Source: Candidatus Poribacteria bacterium (lineage in GTDB: Bacteria > Poribacteria > WGA-4E > WGA-3G). From it: a stretch of 64,000 nt of DNA. This document shows, piece after piece, positions 9,582 through 19,202 of the stretch (positions within the stretch are counted from its first letter, which is position 1; every line of letters starts with the position of its first letter). The notes beneath the pieces were generated by a model, which saw nothing but the letters and a program-made list of their open reading frames with translations, ran no database searches and was not told the origin of the DNA. The position numbers and the translations under genes were made by a program. The DNA is taken from contig OZ244889.1 in the NCBI GenBank assembly GCA_965221425.1, positions 2,624,675 to 2,688,674 on the forward strand, read 5' to 3'.

Positions 9582-11840
9582 ATGAAAAGCATTAGATGGA
9601 ACAGCATAGTTCCTCTCCTCATAGTATGTGCCATTGCTGCATATACATACATGTTCACTTCCTCAACCTGTTGGGGAAATACAGACAACGTAAAACTTAA
9701 TAACAAAACAAAAGAACGTGCGCCGCTTTTTCTGAAAGATATCGCACCTATCCTTGATAAGCAAGGGTGTTCCGCAGGACTCTGCCACGGAAAATTCGGT
9801 GGACAAGGCGGTTTGAATCTATCCTTGCTGACTTTGAACCCAGAAAGTGATTATGAACCGATTGTGCATCATAACCGTGGGAGACGTATCAATCTGCTTG
9901 AACCTGAGCAGAGTCTCTTGTATCTAAAACCGACTGGGCAGATTCCGCATGCGGGGGGTGTGAGATTTGGGGCTAACTCCGATGAAGCGGAGACCATTCT
10001 TCGATGGATATCCGCTGGTGCGCCTTTCTCACCCGACGAACCACGCTTGGAAAAACTTGAAATTGAACCGCGTGAAGTTGCGTTTACTGCTGTTGGTGAA
10101 ACAACGCAGCTAAAGGTCCTTGCACGTTTTACTGACGGATCAGTTGAAGATGTTACAAAGCAGGCAGTTTATGAATCTAAAGATGAACCGGTTGCTGCTG
10201 TCACGGAATCTGGACTGGTAACAAGTGAACGTTGGGGTGGGACTGCTATCTTAGCAAGATACTTAGGAGTCGTCTCCTCCTCTTTTATTACCGTTCCAAG
10301 AGAAGCTGATGAGAAACCGTACCCAGAAATTCTAACAAACAATTTCATTGATGAATTCGTTGCGGCAAAACTTAAAAAATTGAATGTGCGTCCCTCTGAA
10401 CTCTCTTCAGACTCTGAATTCATGCGAAGGGTCTATCTGGATACTGTCGGAAAGTTACCTACATCTGATGACGTCAGAAAGTTCCTCGCTGATTCAGATC
10501 CAGAAAAACGTTCACGCTTGATTGATGCGCTAATGGAAACCCCCGACTGGGTTCATTTGCGCACATTAAAAATGGCAGATATGTTACGTGTGCATCCACG
10601 GCGATTAGGAAATGGACAATTCGGCGAACGCGCTGCTGTCCTATTCCACGAATTCATCCGGGATTCCGTTGCCGAAAACAAACCGTACAACAAGTTTGTA
10701 CACGAAATATTGACAGCCACGGGGAGTACCTACCAAAACGGTCCTACCAACTATTATCGGATTGAACGGCAACCTTCAGGTAGAGCTGAAACGACTGCAC
10801 AAGTATTTCTCGGCATTCGTCTCAGTTGCGCTCGATGTCACAAACATCCTTTTGACGAATGGACAACTGATGATTATTGGAACTTCGCCGCATTTACAGG
10901 CAAGGTTAACACCCGTGGTGGTGGAATCTACCAGGAACTGGTCGTTTATCACAACCCAGCGGGTCGCGTTATTAACCAATCTGTTCAAGGAAATCGGGGA
11001 CAGGTTGCACAACCGACGTTCCTGGGTGGCGAAACGCTTCCTGAAGCGCATAGAGCGAAGGCGATAGATCATCTCGCAGATTGGATTACTGCCGATTCAA
11101 ATCCATATTTCGCAAAAGCGACCGTCAATCGTTTGTGGAGTTACTATTTCGGTAGAGGGATTGTTGACCCCGTTGACGATATGCGCGCGACTACACCTGC
11201 AAGTGTTGAAGGGCTCTTGGAAGCATTAGCGGAAGAGTTAGTGCGCAGCGGGTATGATACCAAACATATTATAAAATTGATGCTTAACTCCCGGACCTAT
11301 CAACTCTCTGCAACACCGAATGAAACGAACGAGTTAGACGATAGATTCTTCTCCCGTTTCATGCCACGGCCTCTAATGGCACAGGTGCTGCTGGATGTGC
11401 TAAACGATGTTACGGGAACATCAGAGAAATATGGACGGTATCCGACAGGTTTCCGCTCTGTTGAAGTAGAGCTCCCGTTCAATTCACGTTTTCTGAATCT
11501 TTTTGGTCGTTCCGATAGGGAGTTCTTGGGGAACTTAGATCCCTTGCTTGAACCGACACTTACGCAAGCACTTCACATCATCAACTCCGGTTATGTGAAC
11601 GACAAGCTGAGAAGTCGTAACGGCACAATTACCCAGCTACTTGAACCGAAGACGGGGGAAAAGTTACAACCGGCAGAATTGGTTACGGAGTTGTATCTAA
11701 TGACCTTGAGTCGTCATCCCACCGAAGCGGAACTCGAAACGGCTACGACACATCTTGCCGATAATGCCACAAGGCGCGATGACACAGAGGACCTACTCTG
11801 GGCACTTATTTCATCCCGTTCTTTCTTGTTTAATCGGTAA
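9582..11840 (+). CDS. DUF1549/DUF1553 (PSCyt/PSD-type) domain protein
   Basis: CxxCH-like motifs (GCSAGLCHGKFGG; CARCHKHPFDEW) and the C-terminal region are typical of Planctomycete-type DUF1549/DUF1553 proteins. The ATG at 9582 has an aaggagat RBS. Confidence 0.65.
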   Translation: MKSIRWNSIVPLLIVCAIAAYTYMFTSSTCWGNTDNVKLNNKTKERAPLFLKDIAPILDKQGCSAGLCHGKFGGQGGLNLSLLTLNPESDYEPIVHHNRGRRINLLEPEQSLLYLKPTGQIPHAGGVRFGANSDEAETILRWISAGAPFSPDEPRLEKLEIEPREVAFTAVGETTQLKVLARFTDGSVEDVTKQAVYESKDEPVAAVTESGLVTSERWGGTAILARYLGVVSSSFITVPREADEKPYPEILTNNFIDEFVAAKLKKLNVRPSELSSDSEFMRRVYLDTVGKLPTSDDVRKFLADSDPEKRSRLIDALMETPDWVHLRTLKMADMLRVHPRRLGNGQFGERAAVLFHEFIRDSVAENKPYNKFVHEILTATGSTYQNGPTNYYRIERQPSGRAETTAQVFLGIRLSCARCHKHPFDEWTTDDYWNFAAFTGKVNTRGGGIYQELVVYHNPAGRVINQSVQGNRGQVAQPTFLGGETLPEAHRAKAIDHLADWITADSNPYFAKATVNRLWSYYFGRGIVDPVDDMRATTPASVEGLLEALAEELVRSGYDTKHIIKLMLNSRTYQLSATPNETNELDDRFFSRFMPRPLMAQVLLDVLNDVTGTSEKYGRYPTGFRSVEVELPFNSRFLNLFGRSDREFLGNLDPLLEPTLTQALHIINSGYVNDKLRSRNGTITQLLEPKTGEKLQPAELVTELYLMTLSRHPTEAELETATTHLADNATRRDDTEDLLWALISSRSFLFNR

Positions 11841-11862
11841 ACGTGTCCAAGTATTAACCTTT

Positions 11863-11921
11863 AAGGCAGGTGAAGATAGGTGAATATTCATATCGCCATC
11901 TTCACCTGCCTTATTTTTTAT
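11863..11921 (+). terminator. rho-independent terminator
   Basis: Perfect 15-bp stem aaggcaggtgaagat/atcttcacctgcctt followed by attttttat, immediately after the 11840 stop. Confidence 0.8.
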
Positions 11922-11939
11922 AGTGAATACCACAAGCGT

Positions 11940-12110
11940 ATTCAGCGGGATTATAGTAAAATCCGAAAATATGTGGACATTTCAATGCACAACAATCCCT
12001 GTACCATAACGCTGGCGAGGCGGGGAATGCCTAAATGGCATTCATACCGTTGATTTCTTCCTGACCTTGCCAATGTCCAGGTAATTGTGAATTTCACTAT
12101 AAAACTAAAT
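11940..12110. repeat. family A/E repeat fragment
   Basis: attatagtaaaatccgaaaatatgtggacatttcaatg…cgctggcgaggcggggaatgcctaaatggcattcataccgttgatttcttcct is shared with 19002..19040 (inverted), 60700..60790 and other loci. Confidence 0.7.
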
Positions 12111-12125
12111 AGCCTGAAAACGGGT

Positions 12126-13040
12126 TTATTTCTCTATTTTTGGGCGCGGACGCACGACCCGAAATCCAATCGTATGTGTTGAATCGAGTGGATAGGACTT
12201 AAAACGTAAACTCGAACGTAGAAACGCACTACCCATATTCCATGCACCACCACGAATGACTCGTGCGCGCAACACATCGCGGAAACGAAGGTTTAGTGGG
12301 TTTTGTCTCACATCTTCGCTGTTTTGCTGGTAAAAAGAAGGGTTATATTCGTCGAGACACCATTCCCAGACGTTTCCAGCAAGATCGGCAATACCGTTCG
12401 AAGATGTACCGTGTGGAAATTGTCCAATAGGTGTTGGACAGTTATAGCGGCGTGCAAAATTTGCATGGTGTCGTGCCTTTGGCAGTTCACTTCCCCACGG
12501 ATATGTCCGCCCATCCGTGCCGCGTGCTGCACGTTCCCATTGTGCCTCAGTCGGCAAACTTCCACCGATCCATTCTGCAAAAGCTTGTGCGTCAAACCAT
12601 GTTACACCTACGATAGGCTGTGTATCGGCATTGAAGTTGTCGTTTTTCCATGTTTCTTCACCTTGAGCCCCACGTGGGGGCGGGCGTCCGGTTGCTTCAA
12701 TGAAGGCTCGGTATTGTGCGTTGGTAATTTCATGCCGTGAAATTTGGTAAGCTGAGAGATAGACGCTATGTTGTGGCACTTCAGCGTCAAAGGAGTGTTT
12801 TTCGAGCAGGGAACTTCGTAATTTTGCGTCCCTGTAAGCGGCTTCTGCTTCCTGTGGTGTGGAGCCCATTATGAATTCGCCTTCTGGTATAGCAACCCAT
12901 TCTATAGTGGCAAGTGTTTTTTTCGCAGCAGAACTTAATTCGGCAGTAATAACCCCTTTCCAAACACTAAGAAAAAATATCAGAATCGTAAGACAGACAT
13001 ATCGCATAACCCAAAAATTCCTTTTAGCATATTTTCCCAT
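12126..13040 (-). CDS. formylglycine-generating enzyme (FGE-sulfatase/SUMF1) family protein
   Basis: The motifs RGGAWN…SSLRF and HTIGFRVVRP and the overall FGE-sulfatase pattern are present, with an N-terminal signal anchor. Confidence 0.8.
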   Translation of the reverse strand: MGKYAKRNFWVMRYVCLTILIFFLSVWKGVITAELSSAAKKTLATIEWVAIPEGEFIMGSTPQEAEAAYRDAKLRSSLLEKHSFDAEVPQHSVYLSAYQISRHEITNAQYRAFIEATGRPPPRGAQGEETWKNDNFNADTQPIVGVTWFDAQAFAEWIGGSLPTEAQWERAARGTDGRTYPWGSELPKARHHANFARRYNCPTPIGQFPHGTSSNGIADLAGNVWEWCLDEYNPSFYQQNSEDVRQNPLNLRFRDVLRARVIRGGAWNMGSAFLRSSLRFKSYPLDSTHTIGFRVVRPRPKIEK

Positions 13041-13111
13041 GCTAATAAGAATGTGTCAAATTTTAGGTAGATTCACATCAGGGATTCCACAAAGGACTAT
13101 AACGATCTATT

Positions 13112-13879
13112 TTACGTCAACGTGCCGCGTAACAACAGGTTGTCTTTCATCACTTCGCCATCGCGATTTCGGGTGCCAGATGGCATGTAATGGATGACCA
13201 TCGCCCGACGGTCTCGGGATGATCGGTTCGGATTCGTTTGGTGGAGTGTCATGCAGTGATGAACCATCGCGCATCCTGCCGCAACTGGTACAGGCACTGC
13301 ACGATCCACATCAGCCTCCACCTGCAACAATGCTGGCACATTACCTTTCTCTGACTCAGCGCGGCCGTGCGCTGCCAATCCTTCTAAATAACTGCCGGGA
13401 ATTACGTTCATACAACCGTTCTCCTCGTCAGCATCATCAAGTGCAATCCAGATGCTCACAAGATTGGGCGGCTTGCACTGCCAATATGCGTTGTCTTGAT
13501 GCCAATACACTTCGCCGCCGTGATAGGCGGGTTTGTAGAGTGCCTGATCATGAAATAACTGGATATTGCTTCCGATTAAACTTTCTGCGATGTCTAACAG
13601 TGGTTCGTGATAGAGTAATTTCCGATATTCCTCATCATGACGCCACATCTCCATGATTTGCAACATTTCTTCGGCACGATCAGCGTCTTTATCACTTTCC
13701 GAGTCCCCGACAACTGCAAGATTACGCATCCCCTCACCGATTGTGCCACGTTTCTCCGTAAACAACGCATCATAATGTTTGTGTAGCACGGCAAGGTGTT
13801 CATCATCAATAACTTGTTTGTCTATTTTAAGATAACCTTCACGTTTGAATTGTTCTACCTCTTGGGGCATAAGTTTCAT
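13112..13879 (-). CDS. phytanoyl-CoA dioxygenase (PhyH) family Fe(II)/2OG oxygenase
   Basis: WHQDNAYW and HxD…H patterns match PhyH-like dioxygenases. Confidence 0.65.
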   Translation of the reverse strand: MKLMPQEVEQFKREGYLKIDKQVIDDEHLAVLHKHYDALFTEKRGTIGEGMRNLAVVGDSESDKDADRAEEMLQIMEMWRHDEEYRKLLYHEPLLDIAESLIGSNIQLFHDQALYKPAYHGGEVYWHQDNAYWQCKPPNLVSIWIALDDADEENGCMNVIPGSYLEGLAAHGRAESEKGNVPALLQVEADVDRAVPVPVAAGCAMVHHCMTLHQTNPNRSSRDRRAMVIHYMPSGTRNRDGEVMKDNLLLRGTLT

Positions 13880-14066
13880 TACACTACTCCTATTGTGGAT
13901 TATAAAAATACATAGACATTATTTCCTCGCAAGAGGGAAATCCGCCACTGCTTGTCTGAGACGTTTGGAACTCTGACTCTGTAAGCAGACATGATCAGGA
14001 TGTGCATATCAAATCGATCAGCAATCTGATTATAGACCTCAATGGCTTCTCCAATCAGATTCATAT

Positions 14067-14705
14067 CTATCTGCTTTTACCCTTTCGGTTCATCCAAAAA
14101 CGCATGAATAAACCCCACGCAAAGCCCATTAGCAACCAAATTGGTAACATAATAAACATCATTACCAAATCCAATTCTTTTCTATTCAGAAGATTCCATA
14201 TCTGCGGAATGACTTCGAGAATTACCCACATGAGTCCACCGAAATAGAAGGTGCCTCTAAAAAGCCAATTTATGGACTTTGCTTGAATTAACGGACGTTC
14301 AAGAGCATTCGCTAATCTTTCCTTTTCTTTTTCCAGCCATTTTGGACGGAAGAACCGTGCAGGGAAATACCATAGCGGATATGTAATCATCAATATTGCG
14401 AGACTAAAAATGTTCCATAGACATGGAATTACTTGATGGCAACTTGGACAAACAAAGCCAAACCAATTCCCAAAAGCACTCCATTTTGCCCACAAACGGG
14501 CGTCATTCAGTGTTTCACAGTGCGGGCAGGGAATGTAACAACGTTCCGCCCAAGGTTTATCACTCTCTTTGTCAACCAACGAAACTTTGGGTTGTCGTTG
14601 TCCCAAAATCAGTTCGTTGAATATTGCTGCTGGGAACAGTACCCAGAATAAGATAAAGGGGTGAGGTACTGCCCATATTTCGAATCTGTTTTTGTCGTAT
14701 TGCAT
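14067..14705 (-). CDS. membrane protein with CxxC…CxxC zinc-ribbon-like insert, hypothetical
   Basis: 212 aa with four hydrophobic segments; CPHCETL…CPSCHQ lies between TM helices. Confidence 0.45.
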   Translation of the reverse strand: MQYDKNRFEIWAVPHPFILFWVLFPAAIFNELILGQRQPKVSLVDKESDKPWAERCYIPCPHCETLNDARLWAKWSAFGNWFGFVCPSCHQVIPCLWNIFSLAILMITYPLWYFPARFFRPKWLEKEKERLANALERPLIQAKSINWLFRGTFYFGGLMWVILEVIPQIWNLLNRKELDLVMMFIMLPIWLLMGFAWGLFMRFWMNRKGKSR

Positions 14706-14801
14706 CGGATTATCTCCATGTTAAAAGGTTCCTCATTTTAAGAGACTTTTTACTTTTCAGTCCTTACTTCAGTATCAGTTAACATCAGATTCTTCAAGAA
14801 T

Positions 14802-17108
14802 CTACTGATATGTCTGTGATGCTACATCGTACGCCTCGCGAGCGGCATCGCGTTCTTCCTCTCTAATAAGGTTTACCTTTTGATTCCAGCAGACCTCTAC
14901 TGCATCCAAACACCATTGCGCACTTCTGCGACTCGCGCGGATCGGTTTACCGTCGACAATAACAAAAACTGGATTTGTATGAGACGATGGGAAGATACGG
15001 AGCGCAACCCAGCTGGACCTATCAATAGATGCCTCAAATTGAAGGGGCACGATTTTACCATCAGCCACAATCTCTCTTCTCTCAACTGCTTGACCGTTGA
15101 CAATCAGTTCAACGGGAACGTTACGAGTTTCACCAATCCGAGAGCGTTCTATATCCCAATACGGTTGCTGATCCAAAGAACGATTCTGTATCTCAGGATT
15201 GGGCTTTTCATCAAGTCGCGCTGCTACGCGAGCCGTGATAGTCACTGTGTCAGGTCTCTCCAAATCCAACTGACTAATTTCGCCAGTCGTTGTTTTTTCA
15301 CCAACTGGCACACCTCCCACGGTAAAATCCAACAGGTGACTTTTGCCGTCTCCAACGTAGGAACGTCCATCACGTAAACCTGCTACCCAGACATCAAAGT
15401 TGAGGGGACCGTCAGGCATTTTCACATATATCCGCCCCAATCCTACACGTTCTCCGTAAATACAAGGAAAATCTGTCTCGCCACTGATTCGGGTGCGAAA
15501 GCCACAATTCAGTGTGTGGTACCAGATGTTCAATTCCCAGACAGCTGGCGTGTCTACCGTAGAGATGAAATCAACAGCGTCATGAACAACGTCTACAATA
15601 TATTCATTTGCCCCGATACCATCAAAAGGCGGCATGTTATAATTGGGGCTCGTCTCCATCTACTTTCAAACCCCAACCACTGTGACTAAAACCCGTAACC
15701 GCGCCCTGTTCCTTTGCCCATTGAAGCACAGGGAGAGCCCAACTCGGCCACTCCTCAATACGTTCAACACCTTTATAGTCATCTTCAGTTAATCCTAATA
15801 AGGAAAGATGTCCCGCGTGGGAAGAAGGAAATCCTGAGACTTCCACATCGTAACGCATCACATAATCATCAGTAGAAAGTTCATGGACTTTGCCGTTAAA
15901 GAATTGCTTCTGAAAATACCAACAGGGTCCCCAAGATAGCACACACCCAACATTAAGGTCTTCGCCCAAAATATGTCGCATCAGGTCTTCAGGTGTCACA
16001 CCCTCGGTAGGGCTTTCATAGTGAGCGCAACCTGCAGCATGAACATGGTGATCTCCAGAACGCCAACCTTCTGCAGCGATATGAATCCATCTTTCCAAAC
16101 GAAATGTCTCTTGATACTTCTCAGCGTTGGGAACGGTTATAGTTTTTGTCTTAACCTGATATTCAGGTCCACGCGTATATTCAACACTGTATTTGCCGGG
16201 TGGTAGCAAAACCGATTCTCCGTTGTGTCGATAGATTTGGTTATGAAAGAAGAAATCTGGTGCCAATCGTCGTCCACGTGATGGATAAACTCGATTCAAT
16301 TGGTCACGAATAATAAATGATGCAGTTGTTGGTTTCCCATCAAAGTCCAAGACTTCTAATGTTACGTTTACCGCTGGGACACATTTAAATAAGATAGGTA
16401 CCTCACTTCGGAAACCAATATCTTGTGTTCCTTGACCAACATTGAAACTGACTATCGCTTCTCGTTTTCCAGCATCACGACTGGAGAGTTGAATGATTCT
16501 ATACTCTAATTCCAAGCCAGAAAGGTCTCGTTTTAGCGGTGGTTTAGAGAAAACACTAATTTCAAGAAAACGATTTGGAATGTCGCTTTGGGAGATAGCT
16601 GCCTGTGGTTCAGGACTTCCAGTGGAACGCTTGTAAAGCGGCGCGGCATTTTGCTCTCAGCTGCAAGGGGTGCTGTCACACCAGCCTCGTTGTGAACCTT
16701 CACTAAAAAGGTTCGCCAACCTTGTTGCATGAGTTCCTTATTTGCCGAACCTTCCTTAACCTTCACACGACTCTCAGGATTTATATTAATTCCAGCCAAA
16801 CAGTATGCGTCCAGAATATTTTGAATATCAACAACTGCTTGTTTTTGGTCTTCAGAAACCAACACTTTCTTGATCGCCGTCAGGTCGTCTTCAGATAGCG
16901 GGGAGCCCAGATAATCTAACGCCTCAATGAGCCGCTGTGTTGCTGAGGCTAAAGGCTGAAATTCCACCTCGGAAACTATACTTAGTTCATCGGTGAAACC
17001 TACAGAAATAAAAACTGAAAATAGCATTAAGCTGGTAATTACAAAATAAAATAGTCTGCTAATTCCTTTTTCTGCTATAGTCTTATATTGACTTATCAAT
17101 TTTTGCAC
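14802..17108 (-). pseudogene. CehA/McbA (PHP-like) family metallohydrolase, membrane-anchored, interrupted by two frameshifts (three consecutive ORFs)
   Basis: ORFs 17108→16533, 16515→15637 and 15659→14802 lie head-to-tail on the minus strand with 18-bp and 23-bp junctions. Only the first has a proper start (GTG with a gaggag RBS). The middle ORF opens with TTG and no RBS, and its reading frame is open about 120 nt upstream into the first ORF. The third ORF overlaps the second across a GGGG run at 15645..15648. WRSGDHHVH resembles the WYRGNTHSH motif of the CehA/PHP paralog at 36882. Confidence 0.5.
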
Positions 17109-17123
17109 GGTCTACTCCTCATC

Positions 17124-17843
17124 TTATATGTTAATTGTTTCCTGACTGAAGTTGGCTAAAGCATTTATATAAACAGTTGCGGATTTGCGCAAGCACTCAA
17201 TCCTCTCTTTGGAAATAGGTCCACTATCTTCTTCAACACATAGGTCAGATATGATACGTACTCCAACGTACTTGACGTTATTAATCGCACAGACATCCAC
17301 AATCGCCGCCGATTCCCAATTGACAGCTACGGCACCACTTTCCTTAGCAATCCTATCTCTAATTTCACGGTCGTATATGTCCATATCTCCACAAATTACA
17401 GGAGATTTTGTGAGAGTGACGTTGGGATTTTCTGATAAAATCGTTGTGAACCTGTGTATTGAAGAAGCGGAGGCACTGAAAAGACGCTCCCTCCATACAT
17501 CTTGCTCACGTTGAATCTCTACTCTATTTGAAACGTTATGTTCTGAGACACCGTTAATCACTATAACTTCCCCGATTTCTAAGGTATCAATTAATCCACC
17601 TGCAAATCCGAACTCAAAGAAGGTTTCTACTTCATATTCGTCTATTATCATTTGACACATTGATGCTGCACGCACTTTGCCCATACCGGATTGCATGATA
17701 ATCCACTGCTTACCTCTATTGCAACACTCAAACTGTAATCTTCCATTCCAGTCAACAGTTTCATTCACGCCTTGTCCTAAGGCATTGAGAAGTGCCAAGG
17801 TTTCGTCCGCGTAAGCAGTCATGATACATAGTTTGCTCCCCAT
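17124..17843 (-). CDS. PNP/UDP-family nucleosidase (MTA/SAH nucleosidase or futalosine hydrolase-like)
   Basis: Motifs align with MTAN: MQSGMGKVRAA ~ SGIGKVAAA, FGFAGGL ~ TGSAGGL, and WESAAIVDVC…VGVRIISD ~ EMEATAIAHVC…VVVRAISD. Confidence 0.65.
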   Translation of the reverse strand: MGSKLCIMTAYADETLALLNALGQGVNETVDWNGRLQFECCNRGKQWIIMQSGMGKVRAASMCQMIIDEYEVETFFEFGFAGGLIDTLEIGEVIVINGVSEHNVSNRVEIQREQDVWRERLFSASASSIHRFTTILSENPNVTLTKSPVICGDMDIYDREIRDRIAKESGAVAVNWESAAIVDVCAINNVKYVGVRIISDLCVEEDSGPISKERIECLRKSATVYINALANFSQETINI

Positions 17844-17846
17844 AGA

Positions 17847-18803
17847 CTACTCCAGAGCGAAACTCGTAAGTGAAGCGTGCCGGATATCGTCCAGTTCTTG
17901 CGCACTGAAAACGCCTGCTTGATAGAGATTCCGATATTCTTCGGAAACGCTTTGTCCGAATATAATCAAATCGTCTGTATTGATAGTCACAGGCACACCG
18001 TTATCAAATAAGATACGAATAGGGTGAGATGATAATTCCTTAACACCACCCAACATCACATTGCTCGTGGGACACACATTTAATTGAATTTGATTTTGGG
18101 ATAGCCACTGCATAATTTCAACCGATTCTGCAGCTGCGATACCGTGTTGCACCTCGTCTAAGTCAAGGACTTCAACAGTCCTCCTTATTTCCTCAGCACC
18201 TCCGAACTCTCCAACATGCGCTTTTAGTTTCATGTTTGTTGTACGTGCCTTAACAAACAGTGGCTTCATCACTTCTGGAGGACATACTTCTTGACGACTA
18301 TAGAGGTCAATTGAATAAAATATACCTAATTCTACCGCTTCGTGCGCTAACGCCATCAGCTTTGGGTCATCAGCACACCCACGTGAAAAGCCCAACTCTG
18401 GACGCAGATCTGCCTGTGCTTGATATCGTTCAGCTAACGCTTCAATAAATACGCACAGTCCGGCTAATCCATCGGGATAGAACTCTGCCAGTCGGATATC
18501 GAAACTCATCTCAAGCATAACAACACCGTCTTGGATTGCATTGTCCATCGCTGATACCGCGACAAACTCAAAACCTTCACGGTGTTTTATGTGAGGCGCT
18601 AAAACCGCATCCGCGTATTCCATCATCCCCTCAATACCTTTCATTTTAGAGGGTGGTTTGGTTAGGGAATGCCCTAGCCAATGTTCTACACTTCCCCGTC
18701 GTGCACTGAAGAAAGCATGGCAGTGAACATCCGTTTTAGGTGCTGCTTTTACAGCATCTAAATCATCTGTAGATAGTGCTTTAATAAAATCGGTATGTCT
18801 CAT
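17847..18803 (-). CDS. adenosine deaminase family (A_deaminase) metallohydrolase
   Basis: PKTDVHCHAF (HxH), VCPTSNV and the C-terminal TINTDD motif are characteristic of the ADA family. It is separated from the downstream nucleosidase gene by 3 bp. Confidence 0.7.
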   Translation of the reverse strand: MRHTDFIKALSTDDLDAVKAAPKTDVHCHAFFSARRGSVEHWLGHSLTKPPSKMKGIEGMMEYADAVLAPHIKHREGFEFVAVSAMDNAIQDGVVMLEMSFDIRLAEFYPDGLAGLCVFIEALAERYQAQADLRPELGFSRGCADDPKLMALAHEAVELGIFYSIDLYSRQEVCPPEVMKPLFVKARTTNMKLKAHVGEFGGAEEIRRTVEVLDLDEVQHGIAAAESVEIMQWLSQNQIQLNVCPTSNVMLGGVKELSSHPIRILFDNGVPVTINTDDLIIFGQSVSEEYRNLYQAGVFSAQELDDIRHASLTSFALE

Positions 18804-18906
18804 ATCAAATATTGATCTTTAGGTTATTGAGTCAAACTCGCGCTATTTTAGCATGATTAGAAACGGAGCACAATCAAAATAGGAATCGCCAGCGCTATTT
18901 AGTTCT

Positions 18907-19125
18907 TCATATTTACGTTATAGTAAAACCCACAATTACTTGGACATTTGCGAGGTTAGGAAACCTCGCCAGCGAGAAGGTATTGGGATTGTTAGTTCAT
19001 TGAGATGTCCACATATTTTCGGATTTTACTATAATTTGTTCTGTATCCCTCTTCTGTAGGAGCGACCTCCCGGTCGCGACTTTTCAGCTAAAACAAGTAA
19101 ATGTCCAAAACTAAATAGCCCTTGA
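18907..19125. repeat. family A/E/I repeat fragments in divergent promoter region
   Basis: gcgaggttaggaaacctcgccagcg, cattgagatgtccacatattttcggattttactataat (inverted copy of the 11950 segment) and gtaggagcgacctcccggtcgcgactttt (similar to 46155..46195). Confidence 0.6.
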
Positions 19126-19202
19126 TTCTTATTGACCGTCAAGTAAGCAATTGATATAATAAGCAACAATTGGGAATAGTCACGGCATATTTTGGAGGAA
19201 CA

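Noticed and set aside
15637-16515. Treating the middle ORF of the metallohydrolase locus as an independent gene
   Set aside because: Its only available start is a TTG with no RBS, its reading frame is already open ~120 nt upstream inside the preceding ORF, and it overlaps the next ORF by 23 bp at a G-run. This fits a frameshifted single gene better.
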